Origin: a virus
Taxonomy: Duplodnaviria; Caudoviricetes
DNA length: 64,000 nucleotides
IMG/VR virus record: IMGVR_UViG_3300036520_000018
Coordinates: 4,312 to 68,311 of that record
Reading direction: 5' to 3' (one strand)
In this document: piece after piece, positions 18,861 to 26,210 of the stretch
How the letters are laid out: each line of letters starts with the position of its first letter
Numbering within the stretch: position 1 is the stretch's first letter
The notes under the pieces: generated by a model
What the model saw: only the letters and a program-made list of their open reading frames with translations
What the model was told of the DNA's origin: nothing
Database searches by the model: none
Translations under genes and position numbers: made by a program

Positions 18861-19135
18861 CTATCCCCATATCTAACACTAGCATTTGCGTCCTACACCA
18901 GAGCAAGGACCACAAGTTGTGTCTTTTGGGGAAAACAGCGCAAAAAATCTTAGAGTCGACACCGACGCATTTCGGCATAGATTCGAATTGTTCAGATGAA
19001 CAACCCACGGGTGGCGCTCAGTTCCAAGGCCGACACCGCCCGTGGGCTCAACAGCCCGAAGGAAAGGCCGCACGATGGACCCTATCAGTGACATCAAACA
19101 GGTCAACCGAGGGTACGTCAAAAAGGTTGGTCGAA

Positions 19136-19363
19136 ATGACTTATAATTTGCTTGCGTCGATCGATGGCCATCTGGCCCCCAATGCTCTGATCACGGCGGA
19201 ACGGACCCTGTCCAAGATGGGGAAGGTTACGCAACGGCTCAGCAATGTCTTTGAATTGCAAACACCTCTGGAGCCGAAACGGGTCCATGCTGCGCTGCGT
19301 GACGAGCTCGACTCAGACGCTCACATCTGTGTGGCCTATGCCGCTGTGATCTGCGCGTCGTAA
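19136..19363 (+). CDS. Hypothetical protein
   Basis: 75 aa C-terminal part of a longer ORF; globular composition. Confidence 0.45.
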   Translation: MTYNLLASIDGHLAPNALITAERTLSKMGKVTQRLSNVFELQTPLEPKRVHAALRDELDSDAHICVAYAAVICAS

Positions 19364-19424
19364 TACCCAAGGGTGGGTCCATGTGGCCCACCCAATCTTT
19401 CTGCTTGGAGCGGTTGCAGTGGGT

Positions 19425-19622
19425 TCAGTTCAACCGCGCCGCTTCATACTGCGCCAGTAAGCGGAGACCCGTTCCCGTTGCATGTACCTTCGCCGGCGAT
19501 CCCATGATAACCCTGTCCGCAAGCAAGAGCTGCAGCAAGGGGCTGTCCTCAATCGGGTGCGGGTTGTTGACTAGGCTGCGGAGAATGGCAACGGCTTCGG
19601 GGGTGAGTTCTTGCATAGTCAT
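19425..19622 (-). CDS. Hypothetical protein
   Basis: 65 aa ORF in the accessory island. Confidence 0.55.
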   Translation of the reverse strand: MTMQELTPEAVAILRSLVNNPHPIEDSPLLQLLLADRVIMGSPAKVHATGTGLRLLAQYEAARLN

Positions 19623-19651
19623 GAGCCGTGACTACACGATTCGACCAAAGA

Positions 19652-19688
19652 AAAAGGCCCCGTCGCTGCAAAGCGCCAGAGCCTTTCC
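19652..19688 (-). terminator. Probable intrinsic terminator
   Basis: Minus strand AAAGGCTCTGGCGC-TTTGCA-GCGACGGGGCCTTTT followed by more T. Confidence 0.45.
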
Positions 19689-19914
19689 TTTGTGCCGGCG
19701 CTGCGTGGAGGGACTTCGCGCACCGGCCTGACTGATAGATAGAGCGGCGTCCATGGCCTTCAATGTCGCTCGCCTATCCGTGATCATTGCCGAACGAGCG
19801 CCTGCACATGGCTCTCCTATGGAACGTAGAGCAGGATTGTGCACGACACTACTGCGACAAAAACAAAGATAATCAGAGCGATCCATTTCAGAACTCCAAC
19901 GCCCTGTTCCTCAG

Positions 19915-20238
19915 TCAATCCAGCCCCTCCACCTCTGCTAGTTCGCCCCACTGCGGCTGCCATGTCTCGCGCCGCTGCAGGGCAATGACAACCCGGTTGT
20001 AGGCCCATAAGGCGCACAGCACTTCTGCCCGCTTCAGAGCCTCTGGGACGGAGTAGGGGCCTTCCATAGATGCTTTGATCTTGTCGCCCCGACCGATCCA
20101 GTCTGGCCAGTACACATTGGCGGTTGGCTCTACCAGCGTTGCGCCGACTTCAATCAGGGCAGGACTGTCGTCACCAATCCCGACAGTGATGGCGTCTAGC
20201 GCCACTTCGTCGTCGTCAGTAGTCCATTGGTAGATCAA
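19915..20238 (-). CDS. Hypothetical protein, paralogue of 18255-18656
   Basis: EGPYSVPEAL...YNRVVIAL...WQPQWGEL. Confidence 0.65.
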   Translation of the reverse strand: MIYQWTTDDDEVALDAITVGIGDDSPALIEVGATLVEPTANVYWPDWIGRGDKIKASMEGPYSVPEALKRAEVLCALWAYNRVVIALQRRETWQPQWGELAEVEGLD

Positions 20239-20522
20239 TACGGGCTCCGATCAGCCGGTCCCTTGGGGAACCGTTCGTTCAGATCAATACGATCTTCGAT
20301 GCTGATTAGATGACCTTTGAAGATGGCGATTGTGCCGCGTGTTTCGATGCCCGTCTTGTCGGTGCGGAAAGCGCCTCGCCAGAGGATCACCGAGCCTTCC
20401 TCGTCCATGGCCTGGATGATCTTGGCCTTGGGTCGGTCATCATAGACGATGAGAATGCGCCCGCCGGTCACATAGTCCTTCTTGTGCTCGGGCGTGATCC
20501 TGAGCTCATACCAGTTGCTCAC
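20235..20522 (-). CDS. Hypothetical protein
   Basis: 95 aa, coupled to neighbours. Confidence 0.65.
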   Translation of the reverse strand: MSNWYELRITPEHKKDYVTGGRILIVYDDRPKAKIIQAMDEEGSVILWRGAFRTDKTGIETRGTIAIFKGHLISIEDRIDLNERFPKGPADRSPY

Positions 20523-20713
20523 TTCTTCCGAGCCCGTTCTTCCTCGATCGCCTTGATGAGCAAAGCCTTCACCTGAGCTGTCGTGAACATGCTGTATTCA
20601 CCGGCATGACCCAGCAGGCGGGTGGCGGTCTGTTCGGGTGTTTCGGTCATGTCAGAAGGTCGTCCCAATCGGGCCACGAAATGATGTCCATCGGATATCT
20701 CATCAACGTTCAA
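20519..20713 (-). CDS. Hypothetical protein
   Basis: Coupled to the downstream ORF; start may be the internal Met near 20650. Confidence 0.5.
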   Translation of the reverse strand: MNVDEISDGHHFVARLGRPSDMTETPEQTATRLLGHAGEYSMFTTAQVKALLIKAIEEERARKK

Positions 20714-20798
20714 GCAGGCATTTAATGGTTAGCGCGTCGACATCCAACTCCCAGCAAGGCAAGAGCGACTATTCATCCGAAAAGAGTCGTTTTAAGAG

Positions 20799-20826
20799 TT
20801 GACATGCGTTATAATGCGTTTATAAC
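20799..20826 (+). promoter_or_regulatory. Sigma70-like promoter containing dispersed motif copy 5
   Basis: TTGACA-N16-TATAAC, with ATGCGTTATAATGCGTT (20804-20820) filling the spacer. Confidence 0.75.
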
Positions 20827-20921
20827 AATGCTCATGAAAGCCGACGTGCTGGTCACCATCCAGCAACACCACCGCCGGCTCAGCCTGTCACCACCAGGCA
20901 AGAACGCAAGGAACTACCACA

Positions 20922-21464
20922 ATGCGCAAACCCGCAGACAGCGGCTTATTATCTGTCACCAAGGCTAAAGATCGAGCCACGATGACGTCCATGGTGCACG
21001 GCATCTTCGCTCAGTCCACCAACATAGCGAAGCTCGATATTGAGCGAGACGGCTCCAATTCGATGTTCCCCCGGCGCTCCACGGTGCATTTTGTCCACGG
21101 TGGAGGTGTGGCTGTGCACATCGAGTTCGACGCGGAGTCCTCGCTTGATCGGGATGGGATATTCTGCATGCCATGGTACACCATCCTGAACACCGACGCA
21201 TGCCTCTCGGACGCATTTGGACTAGCCGTCGGCGGTAGCATCAACCCACACCACTTCGGCAAGTGCACGGTATTTGCAGACAGTTTCGACGAGCTCTGCG
21301 AAACGCTCCGCAAGGCTGTTGCATGCCTCGACTCTGGTGAAGCCTACGATCGTGACCGTGAAGCTGGCAAAGTGGTGGAGAATGGCACCTGGAAGGAGCG
21401 GGCGGCTAGGTTTGAGCAATGGCGTGCAGATTGGCAAGCTGAGCGAGTGGAGATCGCAGCATGA
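20922..21464 (+). CDS. Hypothetical protein
   Basis: 180 aa, downstream of the promoter, ends VEIAA. Confidence 0.7.
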   Translation: MRKPADSGLLSVTKAKDRATMTSMVHGIFAQSTNIAKLDIERDGSNSMFPRRSTVHFVHGGGVAVHIEFDAESSLDRDGIFCMPWYTILNTDACLSDAFGLAVGGSINPHHFGKCTVFADSFDELCETLRKAVACLDSGEAYDRDREAGKVVENGTWKERAARFEQWRADWQAERVEIAA

Positions 21465-21619
21465 ACGGTCGTACATTGCACCATCGACTTGCCAGCCAAG
21501 CACTACCCCGTAACCGGTTATTAGCCCTTACCAGTCACTTGGCGGATGGGATTGCGTTGGCCTCCACACTAGCTCTGATCGTCGTACTTACCGTTGGTGC
21601 TGACGTGCTGTTATTATGA
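21461..21619 (+). CDS. Small membrane protein (52 aa)
   Basis: ATGA overlap; hydrophobic C-terminus; followed by a terminator. Confidence 0.5.
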   Translation: MNGRTLHHRLASQALPRNRLLALTSHLADGIALASTLALIVVLTVGADVLLL

Positions 21620-21647
21620 CTTTCTATCATGCAGAAAGCTCCAACCT

Positions 21648-21671
21648 GGGCGCCCTTGTGGCGCCCTTTTT
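21648..21671 (+). terminator. Intrinsic terminator
   Basis: GGGCGCC-CTTGT-GGCGCCC-TTTTT. Confidence 0.8.
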
Positions 21672-21703
21672 GTTGTGCTTTCCACCCTCGGCGCATACTC
21701 ATT

Positions 21704-22011
21704 CCGTTCCCACAGCACGAGAACGGATGGGAATGAACAGGAACGGAACACAGAAGCGCCACCCAGGAGCCACAATATAAGGCATTCCAGAGCCGCGCCG
21801 TTCCCACCGTTCTCACTCGTTCCTATGCTGTGGGAACGGCTAAAGGGCCGGTAGGCATAGGCTATCTATATATAATACTTATATATTTTTTCTCTTTTCC
21901 TGACGTGAGTCTATTCCGTTCCCACGTTCTCACGTTCTCAGAAGTTGTTCTGTTTTTCCCCTTTTAGGGTGTGTGCCCCCTAAACGTGGGAACGTGGGAA
22001 CGTAGGAACGG
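21704..22011. repeat. Iteron-like repeat region, putative replication origin
   Basis: Many CGTTC(C/T)CA(C) units in both orientations; 14-bp inverted repeat at 21704-21717 and 21826-21839; central AT-rich stretch near 21862-21898. Confidence 0.65.
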
Positions 22012-22033
22012 CGACACTGGCCAGCCAAACTGC

Positions 22034-22050
22034 ATGCGTTTTTATGCGTT
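22034..22050 (+). promoter_or_regulatory. Dispersed motif copy 6
   Basis: ATGCGTTTTTATGCGTT just upstream of a TTGACT hexamer. Confidence 0.65.
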
Positions 22051-22125
22051 TGTGCTTGACTGGAGAAACAAAAAACAGGTCTAGTTTGGGTAGTCCAGCG
22101 ATACCCGCTGATCTGGAGCCTGACC

Positions 22126-22692
22126 ATGACTGCCGACACCTTCAAACCAGCCAACGACAATGGCTTTGTTCAAATGCTTGGCGGCGGCAACACTAACCCA
22201 ACTCAAGCAATGCTAGAGCGTATGCACGATGATGTTTCATACGTGAATCCCAACCTCGCAGTGCAAAAGTCATCAGGTGCATTCAACGTTTATGTAATTG
22301 GGAGCGTCGACCCTGAGTTCATAAAGATTGGCAAAGCCGGCAGTGTCGTTTCGAGGCTTCGTTCAATCCAGACTGGCAATCCATTGAAGCTCTACGTGCA
22401 TCGGATATTCGGCTTCGACAGCACAAGAGACGCAACAAGGGTTGAGGCTTGGGCGCACCAAGATGCTGCGAGAATTTACGGTGGGGCTGTGGGCGAATGG
22501 TTTTCCTGTGGCCCTGTCGAGGCCCACATCCTAATCGCGGATATTTGCGAAAATGAACGGATCAAGTGCTGCATTCGCACCCCAGAAATCGAGCAGCAAT
22601 GGAGGATCGACGAACCTGTTGGCCAAGCTCACCTAAAGAGATTGGCGGAGTGGAGGCAAAGATACTGGGGAGATCAAGCTCGAAGCGTATGA
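22126..22692 (+). CDS. GIY-YIG / T5orf172 domain protein
   Basis: VYVIG...IKIGKA...RLRSIQTGNP...E..AH...GEWF. Confidence 0.8.
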   Translation: MTADTFKPANDNGFVQMLGGGNTNPTQAMLERMHDDVSYVNPNLAVQKSSGAFNVYVIGSVDPEFIKIGKAGSVVSRLRSIQTGNPLKLYVHRIFGFDSTRDATRVEAWAHQDAARIYGGAVGEWFSCGPVEAHILIADICENERIKCCIRTPEIEQQWRIDEPVGQAHLKRLAEWRQRYWGDQARSV

Positions 22693-22732
22693 ATATACAC
22701 CAGAGGAAACCTAAACACCTTGGAGTAGGGAG

Positions 22733-23677
22733 ATGAGCATTACCACGCCGCCCACCAAACTAGCCGAACAATTAACTGCTTTCCTGGCCTATGTGACCAC
22801 GCCCGACCATAAGCCAGAACCGTTGAAGTCCAGCTTTGCTTTTGTGCCAGCGAACGACAACGGCGTGGTTTCCAAGATAGAACGCTTGGCAAATGAAAAG
22901 CTGCTCAAGGTGACGCCGTCTGTTGAGGAAATACTCCGCAACATGAAAGGCGATTGGACATGGGGTGATCCTGAGTTTGTAGTAGACCCCAAAACCGGGG
23001 AAAAAACGCAGTTGGCCAGCACAGGCCCGCTAAAGTCCATCGGCGATCTGAAGTTCAGCGACGGCAAGCAGACGGAGAAGGCACATATGCGCGGACCAGA
23101 CGGCGACACCATTCAATACGACCGACGTATGCCACGCGGCGCAATGCTCGGAACGACAGAAAGCCTTATCGAAGATGCTGGTGGCACGTCTGTTGCCATC
23201 ACCATTGGCAACGGCGCGTTCTGCGAGCGCTTCGGAGTAGATCGGCACGAGTATGTGCCGGGCGGACGCCGGCGCCGTGGAAGGTCATATACCGCAGATG
23301 AGTCCAAGGTCTTGCTGGCCGAGGCTATTGCCAACACGACCGTGTTGCCTGAAGTCAAGAAGTTGCCGCCGGGCATGGCTGCTGGAACGGCGCAATTCTC
23401 CGACCAATTTATCGGTATGAAGATCGGCTCGACCGGGAGTAGCGGGGCGCCTAGCTGGATCGATATCTTCATGGCTGGGGTAGACTGGGAGGAGGATCGG
23501 CGAGCTCATGACGAGATGAGCACGCAGGACAAGTCGGTGTTCGCAGCGGCAATGGAAGCGCAAACTTTGGCCGACATATCGCCAGGAGGGTCTACCTTCC
23601 GAGCGAGAGAGCGTGGAAAACGGCTTCTTGTGGCTGCAAACGACAATTACGCGGCCAACCTGAGAAAACTTGGCTGA
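22733..23677 (+). CDS. Hypothetical protein at a Q-like position (possible late regulator)
   Basis: 314 aa ORF with GGAG RBS, last gene before the structured RNA and late genes; function inferred from position only. Confidence 0.6.
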   Translation: MSITTPPTKLAEQLTAFLAYVTTPDHKPEPLKSSFAFVPANDNGVVSKIERLANEKLLKVTPSVEEILRNMKGDWTWGDPEFVVDPKTGEKTQLASTGPLKSIGDLKFSDGKQTEKAHMRGPDGDTIQYDRRMPRGAMLGTTESLIEDAGGTSVAITIGNGAFCERFGVDRHEYVPGGRRRRGRSYTADESKVLLAEAIANTTVLPEVKKLPPGMAAGTAQFSDQFIGMKIGSTGSSGAPSWIDIFMAGVDWEEDRRAHDEMSTQDKSVFAAAMEAQTLADISPGGSTFRARERGKRLLVAANDNYAANLRKLG

Positions 23678-23711
23678 GTACCGTGCGATTTCGCCGTTTG
23701 GCTGGACATAT

Positions 23712-24210
23712 ATGTGAAGGGGGAGAAATCCCCCGCACATTTCCGCTGCGGCGGACCCGAAGCCATGCTGCACTTCGTTGCAGCCGCTGAGCGTCGGGTA
23801 ACTAAAGATGCGAGGCGAGGGACGTTTGTTACCCCTGGCGCATCTACCCAACCCAGACGGCAATCGGTGGCCCCGCTGTGGTGGCGGAGATATTGTGGCT
23901 TCACCAGCTACAGCCGAGCGTCTGGCCTACATCACCTGGCGCTGTCTCCTCCAGCGACGGTTGATCGCCGGTCTCCCAGCAATGGTTGAGACCGGCAGAA
24001 CATACGGCGGCGAAAGCTGTCCGCTCTTCGCCGGTCCGGGTGGAAACCCCTCGGACATCAGCCCCTGGGCTGTAAGCGGGTCCGCGGCCCCACCGGCGAT
24101 CCAAATCCCGCGAGGGATGTAAGACCTGTTGGCGTATGTCGCAGGCCGTCCGAGTTGATCGCCGGACGTTGATCCCGCCACGCCTCTCAACGATGCGCAC
24201 CCCGGCGGGA
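23712..24210 (+). ncRNA. Candidate large structured RNA or structured late leader
   Basis: More than 12 helices read by eye, several with GNRA loops (GAAA 23725, GCAA 23979, GAAA 24012, GCGA 24110); no convincing ORF. Confidence 0.6.
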
Positions 24211-24243
24211 CAGATTTTGCTTCAACGACGAGGAGAGCCAGCA

Positions 24244-24465
24244 ATGGTCGTCACGCACAATCAACGTATCATCGATGCTTACGACATCTTCGTCGAAGGC
24301 CAAGTGGTACGCTTGCTCACCGGTGGCCCGCCTATGACGGTCATTGAGGTCTGTGAAGGCTGTGGCGATGTCACAGTCGCTTACACGACCAGCGATGGCG
24401 ACATTGACGTGCTGGACTTGCCACCTGTTGCGGTCCGCATCGATGAAACGTGGAGCCCGGAATGA
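24244..24465 (+). CDS. YodC/DUF2158 family protein
   Basis: GQVVRLLTGGPPMTV pattern; GAGGAG RBS. Confidence 0.7.
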   Translation: MVVTHNQRIIDAYDIFVEGQVVRLLTGGPPMTVIEVCEGCGDVTVAYTTSDGDIDVLDLPPVAVRIDETWSPE

Positions 24466-24619
24466 GGCGCCAGCCCAGAACGCTGCTTGGCAAGCTCATT
24501 CGCTGGCTGCGTGGCGGACCATACGCCGACGTTCATTTTGCATAACTTATTTGGGCCTTCGCATTTCTAGAAGCCCGAAACCCGTAAGACCGAAACATCG
24601 ACTGCGTGAGGAGAAACGC

Positions 24620-24850
24620 ATGAACAACATCGAACTTCAACGCCAACATGACGGCAGCCTTAACCTGTTTGTGGCTGGTAATTACGCTGTTGGCTCACGT
24701 GTGAGTGGCATCCAGGAGACGGCTGATGGCATGGCTGCCATCGTGGTAATCCCGCTCAAGCATGCGACAGTATCTGAGCGGAACAACGTGGTGCCTTTTG
24801 TGCCGCGGGTCGTGGCAGGCGATCCGATCGCACCGTTGCAGGCTCGCTAA
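24620..24850 (+). CDS. Hypothetical protein
   Basis: GAGGAG RBS, 76 aa. Confidence 0.6.
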   Translation: MNNIELQRQHDGSLNLFVAGNYAVGSRVSGIQETADGMAAIVVIPLKHATVSERNNVVPFVPRVVAGDPIAPLQAR

Positions 24851-24882
24851 TCACCCCCACTCGCTGCTCATGCAGGCTCAAG

Positions 24883-25455
24883 ATGCAAATAGCCCTCAAA
24901 TTTACCGGCGACGGACTGCCGAAGTTTGAGCGGGCAGTTGAGGCATTGGGTAGCGAGGCAAAGGCCAGGAGCGCCTACCGCAAGGTCATCAATGCGCAGG
25001 GCACCAAGCTTCGGCAGGACGCCTTGCGCATCATGCCTGACATGGTTGGCTTGCCGCGTAAGACCATCAACAGGGCGCTTGGCGCTCCTGTACGCGCCTC
25101 GAATGCGGCGTTGAGATACATACTCACCACAAAAGGTGGGTACATTTCCTACAAGTACTTTTCTCCCCGAGAAACCCGGCAAGGCGTGTTTGCCAAGCCA
25201 CGAAATCAGAACACTTTTTTACCCAAGAATTTCACCAAGGGTGGCAGGTTTCCGAACCGCGTCGACATCCCGCTTGGTGGGCATGTGTTCAAGAACGTGG
25301 GTGGACGCAAGATCGAGAAGCAGCGCTCCGATGTGCGTATCCCAGAAGAGATGACGCGTGGCTCGATGGCTCGAGCCTTCAACTCCGCGAGCAGCAGGAT
25401 GCTGCCGGCCATAGAGGCCGAGATCAAGAGGTTGACTGGTGGTGCGGTGAGTTGA
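24883..25455 (+). CDS. Minor tail/neck protein (gpZ or HK97 gp10-like)
   Basis: Basic protein, size and composition typical of the family; upstream of terminase. Confidence 0.55.
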   Translation: MQIALKFTGDGLPKFERAVEALGSEAKARSAYRKVINAQGTKLRQDALRIMPDMVGLPRKTINRALGAPVRASNAALRYILTTKGGYISYKYFSPRETRQGVFAKPRNQNTFLPKNFTKGGRFPNRVDIPLGGHVFKNVGGRKIEKQRSDVRIPEEMTRGSMARAFNSASSRMLPAIEAEIKRLTGGAVS

Positions 25456-25504
25456 TGGGGCGATCAAGGGGCAGGCAGGGTGTGTTGCATTTATGCACCA
25501 CCCC

Positions 25505-25560
25505 TAGGGTAGGTTCTTCCTACCACCCGGCACCCTCTGCGGGCGCGACGGCCCGCGGTT
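25505..25560. other. Probable cos (packaging) region
   Basis: GGTTCTTCC...TGCGGG...GCCCGCGG block directly upstream of a Nu1-like terminase small subunit. Confidence 0.45.
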
Positions 25561-25643
25561 TGTCTAGTCACGAGTTTTTTCAAACGCATTTCGCTTTCGC
25601 TGGTCGCGTCTGAAAAAATATAACGATAGCAATAGGTTACGAG

Positions 25644-26210
25644 ATGGCGCAAGGCAAAGTCGTAACCCAAGCTGACTTGGCCGATATCTTTGGGGTCACG
25701 ACAGCGACCATTCGGGCCTGGGCTAAGCGCGGGATGCCAGTCTTAGAAGCTGGTGGTTCCGGCCGGCCATCCAAGTTCAACACTGCTGATTGCATCCGCT
25801 GGCGTGAAGCACAAGCCTCGATTGACGCCGCGGATGATGGCGACGACAAGGTTTCCGAGGAGGAAGCCAAGCGGCGGAAGACTTTGGCTGAGGCCATGCT
25901 TGCAGAGCTCAAGCTTGAAGTCGCCCGTGGTCGGCTGGTTCGCATTGATGTTGTGGCGGACGAGGTCGAAGACGCCTTCGCTAATGTGCGGGCGCGCATG
26001 ATCGCCATTGCCGGCAACTTGGCGCTGACCCTGACCAACGAGCCTTCGCCTGCAGCCATCCGAGACCGCATCTATCAAGAGATTTCCAAGGCCCTGAATG
26101 AGCTCGCTATCGACGCCGAGTATATCGGACGATCGGATGACGCTTCGGAAGAGGCTGAAGACGGTGAGGCTGAGAGCGCTGAGGCCACCGCCGAAGCTGA
26201 CCTTAGTTGA
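25644..26210 (+). CDS. terS: Terminase small subunit (Nu1-like)
   Basis: QADLADIFGVTTATIRAW..RGMP HTH; ELKLEVARGRLV. Confidence 0.9.
   Translation: MAQGKVVTQADLADIFGVTTATIRAWAKRGMPVLEAGGSGRPSKFNTADCIRWREAQASIDAADDGDDKVSEEEAKRRKTLAEAMLAELKLEVARGRLVRIDVVADEVEDAFANVRARMIAIAGNLALTLTNEPSPAAIRDRIYQEISKALNELAIDAEYIGRSDDASEEAEDGEAESAEATAEADLS

Noticed and set aside
19981-19992. GNDN-coding sequence on the plus strand
   Set aside because: It lies antisense within a coding gene and is not in a credible ORF, so it was not counted with the ANDN set
21704-22011. CRISPR array
   Set aside because: Repeats are 8 bp, irregular and in both orientations, with no uniform spacers
24028-24103. Canonical tRNA gene
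   Set aside because: No D-loop GG, no TTC loop and no 7-nt anticodon loop; kept only as a tRNA-like shape
23630-24240. Phage-encoded tmRNA, suggested by an ANDNYA reading frame next to a structured RNA
   Set aside because: The ANDN frame is the end of a protein gene and does not end in AA; I found no tmRNA acceptor or T-arm signature of the permuted alphaproteobacterial type. ARAGORN would settle it.
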